The notes under the pieces were generated by a model. It was not told where the DNA came from. It made no database searches and worked only from the letters and a program-made list of their open reading frames with translations. A stretch of DNA of 64,000 nt from an uncultured Bacteroidales bacterium (lineage in GTDB: Bacteria; Bacteroidota; Bacteroidia; Bacteroidales; FEN-979). A program made the position numbers and the translations under genes. Of this stretch, positions 46,480 through 58,100 are shown piece after piece; position 1 is the stretch's first letter, and each line of letters opens with the position of its first letter. The stretch spans positions 2,636-66,635 of the forward strand of contig CAIWMX010000040.1 of NCBI GenBank assembly GCA_903913885.1. The letters run 5' to 3'.

Positions 46480-46563
46480 GAAGGACGAAGGACGAAGGAT
46501 GTGGGACGTGGGACGAAGGATGAAGGACGAAGGACGTGGGACGAAGGACGTGGGACGTGGGGA
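46480..46563. repeat. 7-bp tandem array (gaaggac/gtgggac, 12 units) between the large fusion gene and icd
   Basis: Direct reading. Two unit types are interleaved (A A A' B B A' A A B A B B'). Confidence 0.92.
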
Positions 46564-46627
46564 AAGTTGAATTTAGGGTTTGGAATTTTGAGTTTTTGAT
46601 ATTTTTTTTTAATTAAACAATAATTTT

Positions 46628-47893
46628 ATGACTGGAGAAAAGATTACGTTAATAAATGACAAAATTTCAGTTCCGGATTTCCCGGTGATCCCTTTTATTG
46701 AAGGCGACGGTACCGGACCCGACATCTGGAGTGCCAGCGTACGCGTTATAGACGCCGCTGTTGAAAAAGCCTACCAGGGAAAACGTAAAATTGTGTGGAG
46801 AGAAGTGCTGGCCGGCGAGAAAGCTTTCGTCCAGACCGGGGAATGGCTGCCACAGGAAACGCTTGATGTGATCAGGGAATACCTGGTGGCCATCAAGGGA
46901 CCGCTCACCACGCCGGTTGGCGGGGGGATTCGTTCTCTGAACGTAGCCCTGCGGCAGATTCTCGACCTGTATACCTGCGTCAGGCCGGTTCGTTATTTCC
47001 AGGGAGTTCCCTCCCCTGTCAAGCGTCCGGAGACCACCGACATGGTCATTTTCCGTGAGAATTCAGAAGACATCTATGCCGGCATCGAATGGATGCAGGG
47101 CACCCCTGAAGTTGAAAAGGTCATCCGTTTCCTGATCGATGAAATGGGTGTAAAAAAAATTCGTTTCCCTGAGTCATCCTCCATCGGGATCAAACCGGTA
47201 TCGAAAGAGGGTACTGAACGCCTTGTGAGGGCAGCGATCCTTTATGCCATTGAGCATAAAAAACCTTCCGTAACGCTGGTTCACAAAGGGAACATCATGA
47301 AATTCACCGAAGGGCAATTCAAACAGTGGGGCTATGAACTTGCCGAACGTGAATTCGGCGACAATGTCTTCACCTGGCTTCAGTACGACAAAGTGAAGGC
47401 CAAAGACGGCGAAGCGGCTGCGGAAGTACTCCAGAAAGAAGCCATATCACAGGGTAAGATCATTGTCAAGGATGTAATTGCCGATGCTTTCCTACAGCAG
47501 ATCCTGACCCGCCCGGCTGAATATTCAGTAATCGCCACACTCAACCTCAACGGTGATTACATCTCTGATGCGTTGGCAGCAATTGTCGGTGGTATTGGAA
47601 TCGCACCGGGCGCCAACATCAACTACATAACGGGCCACGCCGTTTTTGAAGCGACCCATGGCACAGCTCCCAAATATGCGGGGAAAGACCAGGTGAACCC
47701 GGGGTCGGTCATCCTGTCGGGTGTGATGATGCTGGAATATATGGGCTGGATGGAAGCCGCTTCAATGATCGTTAAAGGTCTTGAAGGGGCCATCCGGAAC
47801 AAACGGGTAACCTACGATTTCGAAAGGCTGATGGAAGGTGCGACAAAACTTAAATGTTCTGAATTCGGTACGGAAATCATCGCCAACATGTAA
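46628..47893 (+). CDS. icd: NADP-dependent isocitrate dehydrogenase (homodimeric prokaryotic type)
   Basis: 421 aa. [45 protein letters not shown]. Confidence 0.95.
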   Translation: MTGEKITLINDKISVPDFPVIPFIEGDGTGPDIWSASVRVIDAAVEKAYQGKRKIVWREVLAGEKAFVQTGEWLPQETLDVIREYLVAIKGPLTTPVGGGIRSLNVALRQILDLYTCVRPVRYFQGVPSPVKRPETTDMVIFRENSEDIYAGIEWMQGTPEVEKVIRFLIDEMGVKKIRFPESSSIGIKPVSKEGTERLVRAAILYAIEHKKPSVTLVHKGNIMKFTEGQFKQWGYELAEREFGDNVFTWLQYDKVKAKDGEAAAEVLQKEAISQGKIIVKDVIADAFLQQILTRPAEYSVIATLNLNGDYISDALAAIVGGIGIAPGANINYITGHAVFEATHGTAPKYAGKDQVNPGSVILSGVMMLEYMGWMEAASMIVKGLEGAIRNKRVTYDFERLMEGATKLKCSEFGTEIIANM

Positions 47894-47947
47894 AGTTTCC
47901 AGGGTGACCGCAAAACGCTCCGCCCTGAAAAACAACCAACAATCATC

Positions 47948-47988
47948 AAAAAAAACGGGGCGGCCAAAATGGTCGCCCCTGATTTTTT
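47948..47988. terminator. bidirectional rho-independent terminator between icd and the PorP/SprF gene
   Basis: 9-bp stem ggggcggcc (47957-47965) / ggtcgcccc (47971-47979), loop aaaat. It is flanked by an A-run upstream and a T-run downstream. Confidence 0.7.
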
Positions 47989-47992
47989 GTTC

Positions 47993-49099
47993 CTAGTAGA
48001 ATGACGGACATTCCATCGGACCTCCGCCCCTGCGGCCAGCGCCACCGGGCAAATATCCTCCGCCACCACCACCGCCAAAGATCGAAAGTTTATCAAATTC
48101 CAGGATCAGGCTGATTTCATGCGCGCCACCGGTACCCTGCAGTGCTCCAGAAACCTGGAGATCATAACTGTACATGAATTTGAGGTTCATATCTTCATAA
48201 AAGGAGTACCGATATCCGGCAACCAGTGCAACGGCACTGTTCACAACGCCGGTCATGGTTGATTTGTACCAGCCACCTACGTAGATATTGTATTTCAGCA
48301 AGTTGAGGCCAATCTGCAGGGAATTCAGGTTTGCCTGGCTCTGATAGATCCCGCCAAGGTTGAATTTCAACGGGTCGTCGCCGCCACGACTCATGGCAGA
48401 AGAAGAACTGCCACCGGGGCCGGAAACGACAATAAGATCAAACTGTCCAACCCACTTGCGTGGATACTGCGAAGAACCAGATGAAAGGAAACTCACATCC
48501 GGTTGGAAGATATGGTCAACCCCCAATCCGATATTTCCACTTATATTTCCCTGCGGATTGATGAATTGCAATACGCCTCCTACGCCAAAGTCAGGCACAA
48601 CGCGTTTGTTGGCATCCGGGGGGACAAATGACGACTGGTAAATATTTCCGTATTTGCCACTCAGCTGATCAGCAAAAACAAGGTCGCCCCAGTTTACTGT
48701 ACGCTGCATGATACCAGCTTTGATCCCCAGCTGGCTTACCATGAAACTGGTAAGCGGGATACGAACGCCAATAGTGAGTGCTGCGCCAAAGTTCTTGATC
48801 AATCCTGCACCAGGGGTATCCTGGTTGATCATGATCCCAACTCCTCCTGAGCCCGGCAGATTCCGGTCGCCCAGGTCGGCAGAAAAATAGTATGACTTAA
48901 AGGGATTTGGCAAACTGGGCCATTGATCGCGAAACAGGAAACGGGCACGTAATCCGCTGTTGATCCCAGTGTATGCCGGGTTATAGTATATCGGCGTGCT
49001 GAAATACTGAGAGTAATTCATGTCCTGGGCATAAGTGCCGGGAGCAATTCCAAGCATACTCAGTATTACAAGGATCGGGAATATAAATCGTTTTTTCAT
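47993..49099 (-). CDS. PorP/SprF family type IX secretion system membrane protein
   Basis: Signal peptide, then QDMNYSQYFSTPIYYNPAYTG...RARFLFRDQWPS, typical of the PorP/SprF N-terminus. It lies immediately downstream of a type-B CTD gene. Confidence 0.85.
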   Translation of the reverse strand: MKKRFIFPILVILSMLGIAPGTYAQDMNYSQYFSTPIYYNPAYTGINSGLRARFLFRDQWPSLPNPFKSYYFSADLGDRNLPGSGGVGIMINQDTPGAGLIKNFGAALTIGVRIPLTSFMVSQLGIKAGIMQRTVNWGDLVFADQLSGKYGNIYQSSFVPPDANKRVVPDFGVGGVLQFINPQGNISGNIGLGVDHIFQPDVSFLSSGSSQYPRKWVGQFDLIVVSGPGGSSSSAMSRGGDDPLKFNLGGIYQSQANLNSLQIGLNLLKYNIYVGGWYKSTMTGVVNSAVALVAGYRYSFYEDMNLKFMYSYDLQVSGALQGTGGAHEISLILEFDKLSIFGGGGGGGYLPGGAGRRGGGPMECPSFY

Positions 49100-49117
49100 T
49101 TAGAAAGTTGTTAGCGA

Positions 49118-52100
49118 TTATCGGATTAAAGTCACTGTACCCATGGTCTTGCCGGAATTTGCACCACCATTATCAGAACCGTTCCAGGGAGATTCATCCA
49201 CAAAAAGGGCATTAATTCTCCACATATAGTTGCCCTGCGGCATCAGGTTACCTTCAAATGTGCCGTCCCATCCTTCGGTCGGAACACCCTTGTCGTCAAG
49301 TTTGGTCGATTCCCACATCAGGTGGCCCCAGTTGTCAAATACTGTGACATGATATTGCTTGAGGTTCACCCCGATTGGCTGGAATAACCTGATTCCAAGG
49401 CTGGTACTTGCAGGAGCAAATGCGTTGGGCACAAAGAGCCCCTTGAACAACAGCTTATATTCATAGAATGTGGTATCGGTGCAGTCAAACTCGTTATGAG
49501 AGATCAACTTGATAACGTAGGATCCATCTTCTGTGAACGTGGCCACAGGATTTGTTTCCGTTGATGCCTTGCCGTTCCCGAACTCCCAGTTGTAGGTATT
49601 CGTTCCGCCAGTCAGGTTATTCAGTTTGACCTGGCCCTGTTTGCCGTCATACCCATTAACGATGGTAAATGAACTGACGGGTGTGATATTGACCCTCACC
49701 GCTGAATCAACCGTATCGATACAACCGTAGTGGTCTTTTACAATCATGCGGACAGTCCACAGCCCGGTGGTATCGTACTTGTAACTCGGATCCTTGATGG
49801 TGGCCGAATCCCTGAGTGTGGTCGGGTCGCCAAAGAACCAGCGCCATTTTGCAATGGTTGTGTCGGAAACAAGTGATTTATCTGTAAAGAAGGTCGGATC
49901 ACCCTTGCAGGCCGTCGTATTCTCAAAATGTGCGGCAGGCAATCCGAAAACCCGTGTCGGCTTGGTCAGCGAATCCTTACAGCCATATTTATTCATAACC
50001 ACCAGTTTGACATTGTAAATGCCGGCGGTATCAAACATATGCGACGGGTTCTTGCGGAGAGCCGTATCGTTTGCCTTCGGGCTGAAAGTCCAGTTCCACG
50101 TGATGTTCTTTTCTCCCCATGTTTTTGAAGTGTCCCTGAAAAGCGATATCTGTTTCAGACAGGTAGGAACATTGGAGAAATAGGTCTTTGGTGTCGGATG
50201 GATCTTCACCGAAGTTGACATGCTGTCGACAATGGTTGCCCCGTCAATCAACGCCTGGATGGCCAGGTTGACATGGTAGGTTCCGGTATCGCTAAAGGTG
50301 TGGTAGATGGGTGTTTTATGCTTGGAATAGGTTGTATCCTTGCCATCGCCCCAAGTCCAGTGCCACTGGGTAATCTTGGAAACAGGCAATGAACTGTCGG
50401 CAAAAGCGATCTTGTATCTTGCACAGAGCGTATCTTTATTCGTATAGACAGCCTGGATGCAAGCGAAACGCCGCACACTTCTTGTAATACTGTCGATACA
50501 GCCATGCGTGTTTGTGATGACCAGCTGTACCGGATAAACGCCAGGGGTAACATAGAGGTGGGCAGTATCTCCCGGTCCCGGGGCAAGGATGGTCGTGGAT
50601 GTACCATCTCCCCAATTCCACAGCCAGCTGGCAATGGATCCCGATCCCGAATACTGCGTGGAATCGAAGACGTGGACAGAACTGTCGCATGGCGTGGAAA
50701 CGAACCTGTACAAAGGCTTAGGCGCTGCATATACCTGAATCTCCTGGTAAACGCTGTCGGCGCAGTTATCTGAATTATAGGCCTTCATCCTTACAGCATA
50801 TATCCCGGGTCCGGTGAAAATATGGGATGGACGGTACAAGTATGATTTATTGTTGGGTCCGGAAGCAGGGTCGCCAAAGTTCCAGGATACGGAATAGAGT
50901 GAATCGCCCAGGGCCTTGTTTACAGGATAGAAATGGGTCGGATATCCCTGGCAAACAGTATCATGCGTGAAGGTGAATCTGAACCCGGGCTTCACATGAA
51001 CGCTGTCGACGATGGTATCGATGCATCCATAGGTATCAGTCACGATCAGGGTAACCAAATAAGTAGTATCGGTTACCGGGAAGGTAAATGACGGGTTCTG
51101 GATATTTGAGGTGTAACCTGGTGTAAATATCCATTCACGGGTTGTTATGGCCGACCCGGTTGCTGTTGACTGATCCTGAAAGTCCACTTTGCCTTTGGGG
51201 CAGTTGAATGAGAGGTACGAGAACGCGCTGACCGGTTTCGGACGCGATATTACAGGTATGGTAACTGAATCGGAACAGTTGAACAGGTTCTTCACCGTCA
51301 GCTTGACCTGGAATGTTCCGGAAGTTGTAAACACGTGAATCGGGTTTTTAATGGTAGCCGGAGGAGTTCCGTCGCCGAAATCCCACAACCAGCTCTGTAT
51401 ACTGCTGCCAGGCACGGTTGAAAGGTCGGTGAATTGTGTTCCTGCATTAATACATGCCGGGTCGTACTGGAACATGGCCGTTGGCTTAGGATTCACATTG
51501 ATCTGCAGGGTGGTGTCCTTGGTGCACTGGTGCGAGTTTGTCACAGTCAGTTTGACGTTGTATGTTCCCTGGGTATTATAGATATGTGTCGGGTTCGGAA
51601 GCGTGGAGGTATTGTTTGCCCCGCTTGATGGATCACCGAAGTCCCAGTCCCAGGAAACGATTGTTCCTGAAGCCGTGGTTGAAGCATCGGTGAACTGGGT
51701 TGGGCTGGCCATACAAGCTGTGTCAGCCGAGAAAATGGCAGCAGGCGCAGGGTTAACCGTGATTGTTTTACCGCCTACAATACTGTCAAGACAGCCATTG
51801 GCATTCGTTACCACCAGCCTGACAATGAACGGGCCGCCTACGGTGAATGCATGCGTCGGGTTTTGGGTGGTCGACGTATTGTTGACACCTGAAGCCGGGT
51901 CGCCGAAATTCCAATGCCATATGGTGATGGCAGGTCCGCCATTGGTTTGCGAAAGATCGGTAAACTGTAGCGAGATACCGGCACATGGTGTCGGACCAGT
52001 AGAGAAATTGGCTATAGGATGGAAGCCGACTTGTACAAGGTTAACTTTCTCGTTCGTACAATTGTCGGAAGTTGTAATGGTAAGTTTTACACTGTAATTA

Positions 52101-55100
52101 CCACCATTGGTAAATTTATGCCTGACATTCTGGCTCGCCGGGAAGTTCACCGTAATAACGGGTGTGCCGTCGCCAAAATCCCATTCCCATTTCTTGATAT
52201 ACCCGTGAGGCGTGGTCGACAGATCGTTGAACTGAACAGAGTCTCCCGCACAGTTTGGTGAAGAGAAACTGAACGATGAAACGGGTTTGCCAAGAACCAG
52301 AACCTGTTTGGTGGTATCTTTCATACAACCAAGTGCCGTGGTAACTGTCAGTTTAACCGTATAGGTATTGGCCGTGGCATAAAGGTGCGTCGGGCTGATG
52401 CCGGTACTGGTGATGCCATCGCCAAAATCCCACAGGTGCGCAACTGCGCTGGCACTCGACTGGTCGGTGAAGGTAGTCATACTGCCCTGGCATACCGTGT
52501 CGGCTTTAAAGTTGGAAGTCGGCCTGGCGTTGATTGCAATTGTTTGGATCAGGGTATCCTTACAACCGTTCCCGTTGGTTACGATCAGCCTTACAGCATA
52601 TGAAGGAGGACTGGCGGCTGAGAACTGGTGAATTGGATTTTGTACAGTAGCTGTGTTGTTCATACCTGATGCTGCATCTCCGAAATTCCAGTTCCATGTC
52701 TGTATGCTTCCACCGCCGTTGGTTTGCGACAGGTCGGTAAACTGAACCGGCTGGTTGTCGCAGAGGGTGCTGGAATACGAGAAGTTGACAATAGGCCTGG
52801 GAACGCTGGTAACGACTTTTGAAACAACGCCGATACACCCGGTCGTAGTGGTTACCGTGAGGGTTACTGTGTGCGAGGTGGAATTTCCAACGAAAGTATG
52901 GGTTACACTCGGGTTGGCAGGGAACGTGATGGTAGCATTCTGGCCGTCGCCAAAATCCCATACCCAGGTTTGTATTGAAGCTGAATAGCCGGTGGGTACA
53001 TATGCCTGGTTATAAAAATTCACTGGCGTACCAACACAACTTGCCGGGGAGAACGAGAAATCAGAAATTGGTTTCGGGTTAACAAGTACCTGTTTCGTGA
53101 CGGTATGGATACACCCGTTTGAATTGGTTACTGTAAGCGTAACACTGAAATTTCCATAGGTGGCATAGTTGTGTTGCGGTGACTGGGCGGTCGATGTGCC
53201 TCCGTCTCCGAAGTTCCACGCATAGGAAACAATGGTAGTTGCTCCCGGGGTGGAAGAGCCGTCGGTAAAGGTGGTCGGACTGCCTTCGCATGCGCTTGAG
53301 AAGGTGAAGTTGGCCGTGGGCAGCGCGTTCACCGTTACGGTGGTCGAGTATGTATTGACACATCCGTTTGAACTTGTAATGGTCAGGGTAACAACAAACG
53401 AACCTACCGTGGTGAATGAATGACTTGGGTTCTGCAAAGTAGAGTTGTTGCTGGCTCCCGACAGCGGGTCGCTAAAGTTCCAGGCCCATGTCTGAATGAT
53501 GCCACCACCGTTCGTCTGCGACAAGTCTGTAAACAATACCGACTGACCTATGCAGGTGGTATTCGAATAAGAGAAGTTGGCGATGGGCGACGGAATGCTT
53601 GTGACTGTTTTCGTAATGGAGTCAATACATCCATTTGTCGTCCTTACCTTCAGTTTTACTGCATGCGAGACCGCTGTGCCGGCAAACGTATGCGTGATAT
53701 TCGGGTTGCCCGGGAAGTTAATCGTTACAAGGGCTGAACCATCGCTGAAATCCCAGATCCACTGGTCAATGTACGATGAAAATCCTGTAGGTACGAATGA
53801 CTGGTTATAGAAGTTTACAGGGTTACCCACGCAACTTGCCGGTGAATAGGTGAAATCGGGAACCGGCAGGGGGTTAACCAAAACGAGTTTAGTAATGGTG
53901 TGGATACACCCGTTCGAATTGACCACCGTAAGTGTCACTGAATAGGTTCCGAAAGAGCCGTAAGTATGTGTTGGTGACTGGAGATTAGATGATTGACCGT
54001 CGCCAAAATCCCACGAATCGGAAACGATCGAGGTACCACCAGGGGTGGTGGAAGTATTGGTAAAGATTGTCGCGGTGCCTGCACATGCGGCAGTATTGGT
54101 GAAATTCGCTGCAGGTAGTGCGTTGATGACCACCGTAGTAGAATAGGTGTTGACACAACCGTTGGAGCTGGTGATGGTCAGGGTCACGAGGAATGAACCT
54201 GCACTGGTAAATGCATGGCTGGGGTTTTGCAAGGTTGAGTTGTTGCTGGCTCCCGACACCGGGTCGCTGAAACTCCATGCCCAGTTCTGGATGCTGCCGC
54301 CACCGTTGGTTTGCGACAGGTCGGTAAAGTTTACCAACTGCCCGAGACAGGTAGTGGTTGAGTATGTGAAATTTGCAATGGGCGATGGAATACTGGTAAC
54401 TGTCTTCGAGATGGAGTCAACACAGCCATTGGTGGTGGTTACCTTCAGTTTGACAATATGAGAAATCGCAGTTCCGGCGAAGGTATGTGTCATGTTTGGA
54501 TTACCCGGAAAATTAACTGTAACCAAAGCTGTTCCGTCGCCAAAATCCCAAACCCACTGGTTTATGTAGGATGAGAATCCAGACGGAACAAACGACTGGT
54601 TGGTGAAAGTTACAGGGTTCCCAATGCAACTTGCGGGGGAATAGGTAAAATCAGGCACAGGTTTGGGATATACTACAACCTGTTTGCTGATGGAATGGAT
54701 ACATCCGTTCGAGTTGACAATGGTTAATGTAACGGTATATGTACCATAGGACGCATAGGTATGAACCGGTGACTGAAGGTTGGATGTTCCACCGTCGCCG
54801 AAATTCCAGTCGTATGAGATGATAGATGGTGCATTGGCCGTTGAAGCGTCGGTGAAGACCGTAGAGTTGTTTTCACATGCAGTGGTGTTGGTAAAATTGG
54901 CAACCGGCAGGCTGTTGATGGTGACTTGTACAGTATCGGCCCTGGTACAACCGTTGGTACTCATAATGTTCAGGACAACCGTAAAGGTCCCTGCAGCAGT
55001 AAACGAGTGATTCGGATTTTGCAGGGTGGAGGTATTGTTGGCGCCCGATAACGGATCGCCGAAATTCCAGTTCCAGGTTTGGATGCTGCCGCCGCCATTG

Positions 55101-58100
55101 GTCTGTGAGAGGTCGGTAAATGCGACAATCTGGCCGAGACAGGTGGTATTGGAGTAGCTGAAGTTGGCTATGGGCGACGGGATGCTGTTCACCGTTTTTG
55201 TAATGGAATCGGTACATCCGGTTGTTGTTGTAACGATCAGTTTTACAACGTGCGATGTTGCGGTTCCGGCAAAGGTGTAAGTAACGTCAGGGGAGGTCGG
55301 GAAGTTGATGGTCTGGCGGGCCGAACCATCACCGAAATCCCATACCCATTTATTGACATAGCCTGAGAATCCTGCAGGAATGAATGACATATCCGTAAAA
55401 GTAACCGGGTTCCCGATACATCCCGATGGGGAGAACGTGAACTGGGCCACCGGGTTAGGATGTACTGTTACCTGCTTGGTGACAGTGCTCATACAACCAT
55501 TCAGGTTGATGATATTCAGCGTGACATTGTAAATTCCATAAGTTGCATAAGTATGCAGCGGCGACTGAAGGGTTGAAGTTCCTCCATCACCAAATGTCCA
55601 TGAATAGGAAGTAATGGCAGCGGCGTTAGCCGTTGAATTATCGGTAAACTGGGTGGAAGATCCGGCGCAGGTGGTTGTAGCCGTAAAATCAGCCACCGGA
55701 AGTTTGTTAATTACAATGGGAATGGTGTCGTAGCTGTAACATCCGTTGGCGTTGGTAACCTTGAGAATCACATTGTATGTGCCATCCAGTGCGAAGGTAT
55801 GCGACGGGCTGGGTGATGTGGAGGTATTATTCAAACCTGATCCGGGGTCTCTGAAATCCCATAACCATCCGACGATATTTCCACCGCCGTTGGTTTGCGA
55901 AAGATCATGAAATTGTACAACCTGGGTGGCACAGGTAGCAGTGCCTGGCAGAACTTCAAAGGCTGCAGTAGGTGAAGGAATAAGGTTTACTACGTGGACA
56001 ATTGAATCCTTGCATCCGTAGTTGGACGTCACGGTAAGCCTGACAGGGAATGAATAAACGCCGGTTGGGAAAATATGCGTTACATTGGCTGAAGCAGGTA
56101 AGTGTATGGTTGTGGAGGTACCATCGCCCCAGGTCCACACCCAGGTGCTGTCGTAGCCGGGGAAGCCGGCAGGCACATACGACTGGTCGGTGAACTGAAC
56201 AGGCAGTCCGTCGCAGGTAGGCGAAGCGAATGAGAAGCCGGGAACCGGCTGCGGCATGATATTGACGGTTTTAGTTATAGAATTGGTACAACCGTTCAAA
56301 TCGGTAACGGTAAGCCTGGATGTGTAGGTGCCGGCGGCGCCATAAAGGTGGGCTGCTGATATCGGATTTCCTGAATGGGCAGTGGCATCGCCAAAGTCCC
56401 AATCCCAGGTAGCAATATTCGCAGGGGTCATCACGACGAGGTTGGCATTGAAATTTACAACCTGGTCGAGGCAGCTGTTTTGGGTCATCGTGTAGTCAAC
56501 CGGCACCGGTGCATGTATCCACACATCTTTTGACAGGGTATCTGTACAGTTGTTCACATTGTCGGTTACCCGCAACAAAACGTGATAATGTGTATTTGAA
56601 TTGGTGAATACGTGCGAGGGATTCTGCAGTACAGAAGTCTGGTTGATGCCGGAACCAGGATCTTTAAAGTCCCAGAACCAGTCAATGATATTCCCTGAGG
56701 TAGAGAACGAAAGATCGGTGAAAAAGACGGCCTGGTCTGCACAGGCATAGGTATTCGGGAAAGCGGCGTTGTTTGAAAACGTAAAATTGGCCGTAGGCAG
56801 CGGATAAACAACGACCTGGATGCTGAACGACTCAAAGAAATTAGTAATATAAGTTACGGTGCGGGTCACTGTGTAGGTGCCGGCCGCGGTATACGGATGG
56901 GTGGCAAAGATAGGGAATGCCAGGGGAGGCAGGTAGGTTACAACAACCCCGTCGCCGAAATCCCATACTTCCTTAACGATGTTGCCACCTGGAACCTGGG
57001 GTGTAAAATGCATGGTATCTGCCACGCATTTGGGGGAATCTGTGGTAAAGAAAGCCGATTGGGTGCCCAGGATAATAATCTGTTTCTGAATGCTGTTTGA
57101 ACATCCGTTTACGTAATCGGTCGCTGTAAGGGTGACCTGGAAATTTCCGGGGCCCTGATATACATGCGAAGGATTCACACCATAACCGTGGGTTCCGTCG
57201 CCATAATCCCACACGAGGTTGTTCCCGACATTGCCGCTGATGATGGTTTCATTAAACAGGATCTCCCAGTTCTGTGTTCCGTTCTGATAGGTAAAGTCAA
57301 CAACAGGTTTCGGGTTGACCACCAAAGGCGGACTGATCGTATAGGTATTGATGCATCCGTCGGTATTGGTAACGGCCAGACTCACCGAATAGGACCCGAG
57401 CGCGCTGAACATATGGGTTGGGTTGGGGTCGGGTGAACTGTTTGACCCTGACAGCGGATCCCCGAAGTTCCAGAGGAAGTTGGTAATCTGGGTACCACCG
57501 TTCAGTGTACTGGTGTTGGTAAAGGCAACAGCTTCGCCAAGGCAGGCGTTCCCAACGAGGAAACTGGCCATCGGACCGGGGTTCACTGAAACCGGTTTGA
57601 TAAAATATTCTGAAACGCAATTGTTCGAGTTGGTCACCCTCAGTTTTGCACTGTAGGTGCCAAGGGCCAGGTACTGGTGCGATATTAACTCGGCAGGGTT
57701 GGTGCTGACATAGGAAGTACCATCCCCGTAGATCCACTCCAGTTGGGTGATGGTGCCAACCGGGGTAACGGATGTATTGGTGAAAAATGACGGGCTGCCG
57801 ATACAGGCAACGGTATTGGTGAAGGATGCGGAAGGAACGGTATTATCAATAGTAATGTCTTTGGTAAAAGTAGATGTACAGTATGGTGTGTTGACAACGG
57901 TAACTTTTACGTGGTGAACGCCGAATGTACTGAACACATGGGATACCGTTGGAACGGTTCCGGTGTTGACAATGTTGCTTGATCCGGAGGAAGGATCATC
58001 GAAATCCCATTCATAATAGCGGATATGAATGTTGGGATCGGGGTTGGTTACGGGTTTGGGTAATGAAGCTGAGGCATCGAACGCTATCGGGTTGTAAAGG

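Noticed and set aside
10613-46563. Possible CRISPR arrays, suggested by the many short direct repeats
   Set aside because: The units are only 7-9 bp (one is 18 bp) and are directly contiguous, with no unique spacers. No cas genes are present in the window. These are microsatellite-type arrays, not CRISPR.
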